This document shows positions 1 through 12,277 of a stretch of DNA of 64,000 bases, one piece after another. The translations under genes were made by a program, and so were the position numbers. Source of the stretch: Lytechinus pictus (lineage: Eukaryota). The notes under the pieces were generated by a model, which was not told the origin of the DNA, searched no databases, and saw only the letters and a list, made by a program, of their open reading frames with translations. The DNA lies in the NCBI RefSeq assembly GCF_037042905.1, contig NC_087246.1, positions 22,320,001-22,384,000 of the forward strand. Reading direction: 5' to 3'. The stretch's first letter is position 1. Each line of letters starts with the position of its first letter.

Positions 1-950
1 ATGTCAATTTGTCATTGCCCTCTTAATTCATACAAACTATCAGAAGATAGGCTTGTGGATGACACTGCAGTGAGAACGTCATAGCTTATCAGTTGAAACA
101 GAAATAAACCTAGCTGACTCCTTCACAAATGACACGATCGAGCCACTGTTTTTCAACAAATGTTTCTTCACAGATGACCACAACCCTTCCCGGATAGTTG
201 GTAATGCAATCTTTAATAGCACCCCCTTCCTCCTCAAGCGCAAAATACTAAGGTACAAGGATAATGACAGCGGGATCTTTTTCATCTCTGAAAAGCTTCG
301 TTGGTTTATCATTTCATCCTTTCAGCACTGCTTCTAAATCTACCCCGCTTCTATCCATACCAATTAAGACACTGCCTGGTTAGCCTGAATGCACCGTACA
401 CAGATCAAGTGTAAGGAGCTGAAAGGGAATCACGGAGTTGACAGACAGGACTCGCTTTCCGAGACCTGCTCCAGAAACCCCTAATGCAGTCTCTGATTTC
501 TTAATTTCAAGCATTTCCTCGAAGTCCTGAGAAAGATTTTCAGATTTCTCCAAAGTCTCAAAAAAAATTTCACGCATTTCCTAACAGTCACGAGGTAGAT
601 ATCCTCTAAATTCCCGGGCAAGATTTCCTAAAGTCCTTCGTAGGAAGATCTTGTTGTTGATATGACAGGGAAGATCAGATAGATCGTTTAAGAGGGGGTT
701 ATCTATGACCCCATGCCCTAACCCCCTTCTAGATGACAGATTGGTATAAATGGGTTCTTTCAGATAGTAATAGGGAACCTTTACACACCCTTTCCTTTAA
801 TAGCCACACCCTGATAACTTCAGAAGCAAAATTGGCAGGAGCTGATAATCCAATGGACAAGGATTTTAGCTTAACCATCAAACTGTTCATGATTACCTAT
901 TCCCAACACGTTCAGTGTACCGGTACTCTCCATACAATATAATTTTTTTT
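1..950 (-). mobile_element. Degenerate L1/Tx1-like non-LTR retrotransposon ORF2 fragment (tentative)
   Basis: A stop-interrupted minus frame gives GKRVLSVNSVIPFQLL and YFALEEEGG, in the order expected for the post-RT motifs GRVLVIN and LPxEEGG; base composition is coding-like. Confidence 0.3.
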
Positions 951-3359
951 AAAGCCTGTTTAAAGCATCGGTAAAGTGTCAGTAATTCAAATTATACTGA
1001 AGTATCATCTCACATTCTAAAATTACAAAAGTATCATGGTCTTGACTCTATGTGAGAAATTTATAATTGGACTTCTGAGGTACTTAGAGCTGTCTCTCTC
1101 TATGTATTGTTTTTTTTTTCTCCATTTTTATTTAATTAAGATCCGTTGAGTGCTCATCTAACAATTGCGCTTATATAAAAAAGAAATAATAAAAATAAAA
1201 CCTCAAGATATTTCAATTTGATCAAGCACCAAATAAACATAACTCTTCATGCACAATTACAATATTCGTCCAATGACAAACAGCCTTTACTTAATATCTG
1301 TTTTAACGCATACACATTTGTACAACTAATAATGAATTGGAATAGCGATATTCTTTTTTTTTGGGGGGGGGTACTTTAAAATGAAAAGATGCTTTAAGTC
1401 ATCATTACTAAAATATTGACCTCAACTAATATTTAAATAGAAAAATTACCCTTTTTAATTAAACTCCAACTGATTGATGATGAGACATTTGGGTATAATT
1501 GTTAAAGAAATGGAAAATAAACCTATCAAGCCTTTGTAATTTACCCTTGCCATGTGCTTTCTATCTGAAGGTATTGAAAAATATTATCAATTACTAGTAT
1601 ATAAATTCTAATTGATAACTACAGGTAACTGAAATTTTGTTGGATAAAGCAATGTGTAGGTAGAATAGAAATATTTCGATTTTAATAATTCCCTTTTCAT
1701 GATTGAGCAAACAAGGTGAATTTCAACTAAATATCTCTGTCACCCCTCATCACTCAATCATGAGGGGTACCTTTGCTCTTATTCATAGCTAACTGACCAT
1801 AATAAATATACAAATATTGTGATGGAGAGAACAAATGTGTGGGTAGTTAAAAATATTTATTTATAACCCCTCCGTTTTGATGATTGAGCAATCAAGGTGA
1901 AAATCAACTCAATTTATCCCATCTCCTATCATGCAGTCATAAAGAGGAGTTTAATAGGCATGGTGATTTAAAGGACAATATGGCTTGAACAACAACATTC
2001 CATACTACAATGTTTGCACAATTATAAAAGATTATTAATCATATTTGCCTCGGTAACAAATAAGGATAACATCATGTATTATAAAGTGCCCTTGCAGGGG
2101 GCATAATTAGTATGTGCGCAAGTATAAGAACATGTTTAATCCACAAAAGGGATAACTGTATAGCACATTATGTGTACAATAAAAAACAGCTGCTAAAATA
2201 TCATAAAATTCCTACAATAAAATATAAGAATGATTTTGAGGGACTTGTTAGGCACCTTATAAACTTGGACTATTCTGTGCAAATAAAAATACAAATGAAC
2301 ATTCAACAAACCAATGAACATACAGCTTAAAGCAAGTCTACATTCTTATTCTTTAGAACCATCCTCGTGAGAGTGAAGACAAACTTGTAAACCTATCCTC
2401 AAAACCTAACTTCCTTGAAAGCATATCTCACGGAACTCCTCAGCCACTTCTAAAAATCTTACAGAATTTCCTGATCAGCACACAGATCACAGTCTTGAAA
2501 TACTTCTTCCTGTTTATAAGTCTTGGGCTACAGTCCAGTCTTTTTAATGACTGTCTTTTAAAGTCTTGCTACCTAATTCAGAAAGTTAACCTTAAATACA
2601 TACCAAGATTGAGAAGAAACAAAAGATGTTCCTGGTTTTTATCTTTAGCCCACTAAAAATGAGATTGGAAATCCAACAAACTGGGTTATGAATTTTTTTA
2701 TTTTCTATTTTTTTCAAATGCCATATGTGAGTAGCTCTCCCATACATTAAATAAATTGTCAATTTAGTTAAAAGTTCATAACTATTCTTATTTTGGCCAG
2801 GGAAGCAAGTGTCATCTGGTATCTGGTTACTATAGGCACTAAGATTTTTAACAAAATGGCATTTTATGGATTTCAAGTTACATGACATGATAAGCTGCAT
2901 ACATCATACATGTGACATCACAAAGTTATCATTATTTTTCTTTACAAATCCAGACTTGTGTCAAATTCTGTTATTCTGTTTTAATGGTATTCACCAAATG
3001 TTCATCCGTTGATATGTGTCTCTATTTATTTGCCTGACTTTTTAGAAAAACAACTTAATGAAAGATTGAACCTTCCTTGTAATAATTTGAGTGGGTTTAC
3101 TGTAAAGCTAGGGTGTTCATTTTAGGAAAACATCAGGCCATGCAGTTGGTGTTGTGAGAGGATCACACCCGCATGTAAAAATACATCCTGGAGTTGACCA
3201 AACACCAAATAGTTTTAAAAACAAACAATGTGTTAAAGTATAAAATAGGTGTTAAACTAAAACCATAAACTGGTGTTGAGTTGGACCTCCATGAAAACCA
3301 GTGGTGTAGTTTTGATACCACACTTTTTGCAAAGCTCTGTTTGTTTAAAATTCAATACT

Positions 3360-3873
3360 AACAAGGCAAAAGCGATTTTGTGTCTCGCCCACTTATGAAA
3401 ATAACCAGAAATAACTATTTGCAAGGGCACGCAACAGAATTGTATCGAAACTACATTGTGAACTGACTGGGATGGAATAATACTTGTCATAAGAGTCTTG
3501 CATGTAAACTTTAATGTTGACTTGAAAATGACCTTTGACCTTACCATGTGACCTCCGCTTGCAGCATAACATGCAGGTCCCCCAAGTCCATCTACCATCC
3601 AAGTTTGGTTGAAAAATGACTTACGGTTGCGGAGTTAGGTGTCATAAGAGAGTCTTGCATGTAAACTTTAACGTTGACCTGAAAATGACCTTTGACCTTA
3701 CCATGTGACCCCCGACTGCAGCATAATATGCAGGTCCCCCAAGTCCATCTACCATCCAAGTTTGGTAGAAAAGTGACTTACGGTTGTGGAGTTATGTGTC
3801 ATAAGGTTTGTGACGGACGGACGACATTTGGATCCCTAAGTCTCGCCTTCACCTCTGGTGGGCGAGACAAAAA
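3360..3873 (-). mobile_element. Non-autonomous Helentron-associated (DINE-1/HINE-type) element with an internal ~155-bp tandem repeat
   Basis: Subterminal inverted repeats TGTCTCGCCCAC/GTGGGCGAGACA, a nearby partial inverted copy, a short GTCC-type microsatellite, two ~155-bp units (3488-3804), a 3' hairpin CAAAA-TCGC-TTTTG, and T-run flanks. Confidence 0.75.
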
Positions 3874-4956
3874 TGGGGAAAAAACATAATTCAATAACAT
3901 GTTTGGAGGTAAAAGAGATAAAGAGATATTCATGTATATTTCCAAAGCAGATATTGTGAAAAAAATATATAAAGCAGAAGATTTTCACATAAATAACAGA
4001 CATACATCTATGAGCAAAGGATTTAAAAGAATGCAAAATCAAACAGGAACATGAGAGAATACAAGGCATGATTCCAAATAAACAACAATATTCAAAGTAT
4101 TCAAAGAAATAAAACAGTTTTCAACAAATAAAATGAAATAGAATGAAATATAGACGATACTGAACGAAATAGATACTAAATGGCAAAAGCTGTAGCTACA
4201 GTATATGATATGTTGAATAGCATGGTGTATATGTAAACATAACAAAAGTAAATGCACATGTAGAAAAGCAAAGTCTCACAGAAATTGAAATGGCAAAATT
4301 GACTCATCGCATGGACCTATCTGTAGAGGCCAGATTGAGGAAGAGGACAAATTTGTACCAATGAGTTAAAGGATACTTCCTGATATCAGAGGTTATTCCT
4401 GATTTGTAATTGCATTTCTATCAACTTCTGCATCTGTTCTGAAGAGTTGAAGTATTGGTCAACACATGTTTGAACCCCAAAGAGGTACTATTGAGGGCAT
4501 GGGAAGGGGAAGTACATGTATTGGTACAATTAAACATAATGTCCAAAAATATTGACATACATGTAGGTAGTGTGCACCCATGCTTGATCTTATCTAAATC
4601 CCATTAAACATCACTGTAATCATTATTATTTTCTGTATGGAGTGGGAGCTATTTTTCATGTATATTTTATTGATTATGTTTTGCATCAAAGCCATTAGCA
4701 CTTAACAGGGGCTTTACTGTAACTTAGCAATTTTGGGGATGTTTGGGAGTTAACATTGCTCTGAGCCCCTGCGTATTTTTAAGATGAAAATGGAAATAAG
4801 AGACAATAGAAAAAAGGAATCAAAATGAGACAAATTGGGTTGGACATATATGTTTTGGCTTTGTTGTCTCACAGATAGCTTTCAATAGCATGTTATAAGC
4901 TCCTGAAATCTTATGCCATTCAATTGGCTTTGGAGAAATGCGTCATTTTACTGCAG

Positions 4957-5102
4957 GTCCTTATTTCATAAAGACTTGTTATAGTAAAGAATGTGCAATT
5001 TCTATAACAAATTTACCATCAGCCAATCAGATTTAAGGATTTTGGTAGCTTTTAACTGTTATTGCAAATTTGTAATTAAAACAAATTTTATGAAAAAGAC
5101 CC
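4957..5102. mobile_element. Degenerate PIF/Harbinger-like MITE
   Basis: Imperfect terminal inverted repeats (TIRs) …TTTCATAAA / TTTATGAAA…, flanked by CAG and CTG. Confidence 0.55.
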
Positions 5103-6064
5103 CTGATTTGTAGAATCTGGAGCGTTTATCATTAAGCTGTTTATTAAACATGACTTTATACACATAACTGGTGCCCCTTTTGGGGTACTCAGTCAGATTC
5201 TCAGTTATTTTGATTTGATTCACCTCAGAGTCAATGAAATCCAAACTGTTAAGATTAAAATCACATTGTAAACAAGATTTTTGAATGGAAAACTCTTCCC
5301 AAAAATTAGGGATTTAAATAGGACATGTACTTCCATTATGGGGATCATTTGGTGTATCTTGTTTCACAAAAAAACAGGTAATTTATGAAACAGCTCTCAG
5401 CCCAATGTAGCAAAGCGGTGTGCCTGTCAGATATAGGTTTTAGTTGAATTGCAAAATGGCAAAGAAGTCCAGTGGCTATTTCGTCATTCAAAGCTTATGA
5501 CAACTTACATTTTGTGTGATGATCATCTGAGAAAAGGAAAATTTGTTTTCATTTTTTTATAGACTAATCTCTGTGTCATCAGTTTTGAAGTAAAATATTT
5601 ATATATTATGGTAATGGAAGGGGTTTATTACCTGTATATTATCTTGAAATAATTTATTGGGGTAGGGTGGATCAAGATTAAGAGCTAAGAAGAGGGACAG
5701 CAAGAGATAAATATGACATGAGAAAAGAGAGAGAAGACTTAAAAATTTACGTGTAAGCAAATTTGAACTGCTGTAATTGAAGGTGCATGCAGGGCTGAAA
5801 TCAATTTTGCAGATAATTTTCGGAGTGATTAGACATTGCATTTTATGTTTCAGGCAAGCTCATGCTCTCATGCAAAACAATTGATTTCAATCAATATTTA
5901 CATACAGGGAAAAAGGGAAAGATGAATTGGATTAGGACAGTTAAGTTGTGTCACAATTTTCACACTAATCGGTTAAGTTTATTCCTTGTTACTTTCAAAA
6001 TGGCTTATTTTTGCACGATTTGCTTAAAGAACTTTTCTTCTCCCCCTTTATATGGAAAGTCTAA

Positions 6065-6367
6065 GGTCTGTATTCTGAAGTTGGGTTTAAGTTAGACAAT
6101 GGTTCAAGTCAATAGTAAAATTATGAGAAGCCAAAATTGAAATGACTTTGTTTACATTGTACACTTCTTATGTTGACTAAATTCTTTATCCATGCATGAA
6201 GGTAAAGAAAAGTATTCATGGTTTTAATCACAGACAGTTTTGAATGATCAGAAAGCCAAATAAGATGATAAATTCAACCTATTTTCTTAGGAACTTCTGT
6301 CATGGTTGGCTTTCCATAGTTAGACCATAAACTTAGACCAGAGTTGAATTAAACAGAATACAGGCCC
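6065..6367. mobile_element. Harbinger-like MITE (GGCCCRTATTCTGAA family)
   Basis: TIRs GGTCTGTATTCTG / CAGAATACAGGCC; similar to 22215-22519 and the partial copy starting at 42683. Confidence 0.6.
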
Positions 6368-7277
6368 AAGTGTTCATCTCTATTTAACCCCCTCTTTGGT
6401 CTTATGGGACCTTATTTGATTGTCACTCGCCTTGAAGCATGTGGACCTCCCCTCAGTAAGTGAGGACCTTTTAAAATATTATTTTTGGCTTGTCATTAAA
6501 CTCTGACAAGACTTACCCTCCACTTTATGTTCCTTATTAGGAATAAATCTAGCTGATCTGTCTCGCAATTCTTCAAATAACTTTTGGGTAGATTTGAGCC
6601 TCATGTAAACCTTCGATTGTTTGCTGTTGGCATCAGTGTACATGTAATTAGTATGATTCATGCAAGTTTTTTTGTTTTGTTAAACCTATATTAGTGATAA
6701 TGATGGTCACGAACTGGGTGCTATCACTAATTCAATGTGGAAAAATGAAAATGAAATTAATGTAAAATCATATGCTTGGCTGAGAGTATAGAATCATTGA
6801 GGTACCTTTGGAACAGTTCTAACATTGGACTATTCTTAAGGTAACTTGTGTGTAATTATGCTAATGCCTGATGAAAATGATATTAATTATGTTTTTGTTA
6901 AGATAATGATAAGGATCCTTATTATTTGATCCTCATTTAAAAACTATGAGCAGTCAATTGAACCAGTCAATAGTAGCAGTCATTAGCTAATTTATTGTTA
7001 GCTATAAAAATATATGACTGGTCACATGATTTCAGCCAATAATTCACTAGGATCCATGTCATCATTTTATAATAGTTACTGTCTACTGAACCCTAAACAT
7101 TGCATTGAAATCTGTTGAGTTAGTCTTGCATGTACAATGTATGTTTTCATATGATGATACCTTTGGCCTACCTATCTACAAGCACTGATCTAAAAATCAG
7201 AACAAATAAAAAAGTGCTAACAAAGAGTCAATTTCACCACCCCCTCTTTCTGTGGGACGACTTTTCTCTCACCATAC

Positions 7278-7454
7278 CATCGCCGCGGCAATGCTCCCTC
7301 CCATGACCGCGCCCCCAAAGACGTCGCTCCAGTGGTGCTTGAAGTCGGAGATTCGACTGAGGCAGGTATAGAGGGCCAGGAAAAGTGCGATGACCTGCAC
7401 GAGGGGTCGCAGGAAGACGGTGTCACGCCAGCTCCAGCGGCTCTGCATATACAG
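7278..7454 (-). CDS. PLPP1: PLPP coding exon 5, containing motif C3 (SRISDFKHHWSD)
   Basis: SRxxxxxHxxxD motif; TTCCAG acceptor; GTATGG donor gives 177 nt in phase 0 (an alternative GTGAGA donor lies 5 nt downstream). Terminal exon not confidently found. Confidence 0.93.
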
Positions 7455-10122
7455 CTGGAATAATAAGATAAAGAATAAGAGGAAAATACGAGGATGATGA
7501 CAGACTGGGTTATACTTTATAATTATGAATCGATGATAGTTCAATGCACAAATCTATTAATAAAAAAGGTTGTTTTGTTCATAAATGACCTAAAAAGGAA
7601 TGAAGGACTGCAGTTGGTTCATTTTCAAGATGATAAGTTTTGTATATAAAAAATAATATTCAGTTGAAGAACAGGATTTGGTAAATTCTGATCATTCACT
7701 AAATAAACACTATTTTATTGAATGTATTTTATACAACACACAAAACAAGTTTTGTTAAGAGTTATGCAGAGCCCAGGGGCAGATCCAGGATTTTCCAGGG
7801 GGGGGGGCATTTTGTACAGAAAAACATTAACAAGCCCACAAAAGGGTCTTCACTCCCAATTAATGGTGATTTTAATATGTCAGGAAATATTTGAAAAAAA
7901 AGAAAAAAAAAAGAGGTCCTCACTAGCATATACACAACATATTCTCCTAACAAATATTTGTTATGGCTCTCATAACCACCACTGACAGAGCCAATAAATA
8001 CTCTTCCAGCACTATACAAACAATATACAGTTATTTATATTGGATTATTTTCCAGTTATTTTGACACTGTGTGAAGCATGTCAGCCCTCCATGAATGAGG
8101 CAGTTATTGTCAACAATGGGTTATAGGTGACAGAATAAACTCTTGCTGGTCATTTATCTCCAAGGTTTGAAAACTTTAAAACAGTACTGCACTGTTTGGC
8201 TACAAAAACTGCAGAGAGATAGATCTAACACTTTGCGAGATGTTCAGTCCATGCATTGTCCTAAATGAACTCCTAAGTGCCCAAAATCGCGATATCCAAA
8301 CATTATTATTTTTCAATACTTCAAATAGACTGTCAAATATCAGTAAACTCACGAAGTTTTATAGAGTCTTCAATGTTCTAGGGTATTAAAAATATCACAC
8401 ACAACCCTGCTGTTGTAGCCCTCTAAAACAGCTACAAAAAGAAATTCACACATTGATTAAAAAAAATACTTCTGAGCCTCTTTGGAAGTATCATGAAAAT
8501 AGTGACAAAAAGTTTCAATGTTCTGCTTCTGTGACTTGACTTTATTCATCTACACGTTTATCAATTTCAGACTGGATTACTCTATTAAAAGACAAAGACA
8601 TACTTGACATACTGAACTTATGGAGGGACAATGAAATGGCAGTTGCTGAGGATCTGGGCCGGGGAGCATTTCATAAACCAAATATTTTTATAAGTTTCTA
8701 AAACCCTTGCTTCTGATAGGCTTATTAGTAAAATCACTGACAAAGATGCTTCATGATACACCCCCCTGTTCTGCCCTAGTCCTATTTCAGGAATCCTCCA
8801 TCTCAGGAAACTGGTATTGTTGATTGTTACTAGGCAACAAGAACAAACATCCTTGTTTTACCCTTGACATTCTAAACCAAAACAAAAAGCAGATATCGGT
8901 ATGACACATACCAAGATACATGTACCTGTGACAAGAGTAGAAGACTCATGAAGAGACAAGGTATCATTAAAACATTTACACTTAAACTAAACATAAGTAG
9001 CCGAAAGACAGTACAACTCAAATACAGAAGAAGAGCAAGTACTAAGTATTGAAAATCAATGCATACCCTGTCAGTGGCAGACCGTGACCTGGAGGAGACA
9101 AAGCATTGGAGGGGCACACAGCATTGTTCACAAACAATACAGTGCCCCCCCCCCAATCATTGTCTAATCCGGGTCACAGTCCGCCGCTGTACCCTGTATC
9201 ACAAAGTTTTGACACTTGATCAAAGGGCTTTTTTATCGCTTGATTACAATAATAACGAGGTGCAATAAAAGTTATAAAGTCAGCTAAGATTAAGACTGCA
9301 TGGGGTCAATGGCCCAATAGAACTATTACAACTTAGATTTGCATCAATTGAATGAAAAATCACCCAGAATGGTCCATATTGTACAAAAAAGTGTGTTCTC
9401 CATGGCAAAAGCTCCATGTATGTTTTCAATTTATGTAGAAATTTCTATTTTTGTGTAAAATACAATCCCCATCCATTCACAAACTGTCATTTAAAAGAGC
9501 AAATCTAATCTATCATACATGGGGATAACAGAACATGAGGAGGTAAAGCATGAAATATCAGTTTACTAATGAAAATGTTCAAACTCTTTAAGTGCAACTG
9601 ATCAAAGGAAAAAAAAAAGAAATAAACAAAATATGCCTTTATTACCATAAATCCATTGAGGCCCACATTTTCCTAGGATTTGATTTTCTGTAAAGTTCAG
9701 TTCCAACCACAATTTTTCGCAGAAGGGTCATTCCATGGGGTTGGGGCAAAAATTGTGACATCAGGGTCAAAAAATAGAAATGTAATAAATGAAAAGTTTT
9801 TTTTCTTATATGTTTCATGGGACAATTCTTCAACTAAATCCACTTACAGGCATTTCATACCACCCTGCATATTTGAGTAAATTGAGAAACAAGATTTGAC
9901 AAAATACCACCGTTACATGGACATCATTTATCATCCTTACTTAGACTATACTCTCCCACTGTCAAAATAAAAGGGTTGATCTCAATTCCTCTTAATAAAT
10001 ATTTTGCTAACAACATTTTTAGTCACTTTATTCCACATTTTCCAACATGGCATATATATTTTGAAAGATTTAGCATCAATAAATGGAACTTGATGCTCTT
10101 TGTGTATACCAGTGCCATGTTC

Positions 10123-10900
10123 TGTGTCGTTCTTTTTTCTCACCAGTCAAGAAAATTCAATTTATGATGGCATGTAGAACTAAATAGTTGACAGAAGTCA
10201 TGCCTCAACAGAATGGAATATTCTTTTTGGAAAAACTCAACTACTCTTTCTGGCCTAACCTTCTATTTTTGGTGTTACCACCGTTACATGGACATCATGT
10301 CTCTGTAACAGAGGTATAATTTGAAGCATTGTAAGTTAAGGTCCATTAATGGTCATCACATACCAAATTACCCTCTCTGCCTTAAATTATTTGCACAAGA
10401 TCAATTGATTATATTAGAAAAAAAACATTTTGCATGTCAAATTCTTTGCAAATAAAAGAAATTTAAATTAGAGTTTAAACAAAGAAAAATGTACAAAATT
10501 ATTGACAAATTATGTGTCGTTCTTTTTTCTCACCAGTCAAGAAAATTCAATTTATGATGGCATGTAGAACTAAATAGTTGAGAGAAGTCATGCCTCAACA
10601 GAATGGAATATTCTCTTTGGAAAAACTCAACTACTCTCTCTGGCATAACCTTCTATTTTTGTTTGGTGTTACCACCGTTACATGGACATCATGTCTCTGT
10701 AACAGAGGTATAATTTGAAGCATTGTAAGTTAAGATCCATTAATGGTCATTACATACCAAATTACCCTCTCTGCCTTAGAATATTTGCACAAGATCAATT
10801 GATTATACTAGAAGAAAAACATTTTGCATGTCAAATTCTTTGCAAGTAAAAGCACTTTAAATTAGAGTTTAAACAAGGAAAAATTTACAAAATTATTGAC
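10123..10900. repeat. Two-copy ~390-bp tandem duplication inside the Sola-like element
   Basis: TGTGTCGTTCTTTTTTCTCACCAGTCAAG… begins at 10123 and again at 10513; the copies are near-identical. Confidence 0.9.
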
Positions 10901-11820
10901 ATTATATTTAAAATCATACTAATCCTCAAGGTTCCACTTCCGTCTGTCTCTGGAAACATTTATGTTTCTGTCTAAAGGGGAAAAAACGAAAAAGTGCTAT
11001 CTTACGATCTCCAAATCTTTTATTACTTTGAAATATCTCCTTCAAAATATTACTTTCAAATGTTGATACCTCTGTTACACGGACATCATGTCCTTGTAAT
11101 GGTCATATTGAATAGCATTACTTGAATATTTGACATATTTTTCTAGTATCAACACACTAAATGCAAGTTAACTCATCTTACTTAAGTGTAGAAATACAAC
11201 ATCTACAAGCAAGCTTCTGAAATGCATATCAATGAACAGGTAAAATGTTTTTTTTATTCATACACAATTATAAAAATTTTTGATACCTTTGATACAATAT
11301 TCAGGTGAAAAAGATGTAGGTAAAGGTACTAGTTTAGTTCTTCTAAGCTATGGTTTTTCAAGACAAAACAAGACAAAGTTGGCATGGAAGACATGGACAA
11401 CACATTTATACCTTACACATATAAACTTGTTCAATTTGTTAACTAAATTTGTTTTACCTCAGTTACATGGACATCATGTCCTCAAAATGGTAGTGTAGAA
11501 GTGACATTAATTAAAATATAATCATGTCATCACTGGAACTTACATACATTAGATAAAACATTAAGTTCCAACATGCGAAAAGGACAATTGTAAAGTACTT
11601 AGTGGACAAATTTAATTTAAAAAACTCACCACCTTTGTATCTTCTGTTTTTTTAACAGAGTTGTAAGCGAGAAAGTAAAATGTACTAAGCTATTCTAATG
11701 TTAAAAAATAAAACTGCAAGAACTCTTTGGTAAACTTCTTACTGGCAAATGCAAAAAAATGTATTACACTGTACACTAAACCTGACTATTAAAATTAACA
11801 TGCAATATTTCTCTCTGCAT

Positions 11821-12012
11821 TCAGGTTACAAGTTTATGAACTTCAAGAAGACTGGTGACCCAATAAGAAATTTCAGTTTGGAAGAGGATTCTGTCAATGT
11901 CACAAAGTGGATGGAGGTAGAATTGTGCCTCGCCATCGGGCCAGGAGTACAGGTCACCAGATTGACACTTCATGTACTGAAGATATACATTTTCACCTTG
12001 AACAGAGGCTAC
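11821..12012 (-). pseudogene. Residual terminal exon of a transposon-encoded protein (VASVQGENVYLQYMKCQSGDLYSWPDGEAQ…)
   Basis: CTACAG acceptor followed by 63 open codons; the V..V....V...YM......Y.WP pattern resembles a Tudor-like C-terminal module I recall from transposon proteins. Confidence 0.5.
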
Positions 12013-12086
12013 CTGTAGTTGAGAAAATAGTATTTGGAAGTTTGACTATATTTTTTAAGCAATAAGCAAATATTTTTTATATTATA

Positions 12087-12277
12087 CACTGTAAAAACTG
12101 TGGTGTTAAAATAACACCCTAGAGATTGAACATAACACCAAAGAGTGTAAATGAAACAACCATAGGTGTTGTAATAACACCTATAGGTATAAAACTAACA
12201 CCACCAATTTAACACCGGTGTAAAATAACTGGTGTGGTCCTCTATGTACACCGGTTAACACCACAGTTTTTGCTGTG
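12087..12277. mobile_element. CACT-terminated (EnSpm/CACTA-like) MITE nested in the Sola-like element
   Basis: TA-CACTGTAAAAACTGTGGTGTTAA … TTAACACCACAGTTTTTGCTGTG-TA, with repeated AACACC motifs. Confidence 0.7.

Noticed and set aside
4275-4440. Alternative PLPP terminal exons after CAG acceptors near 4320 and 4433
   Set aside because: They give only short peptides with no similarity to PLPP C-termini.
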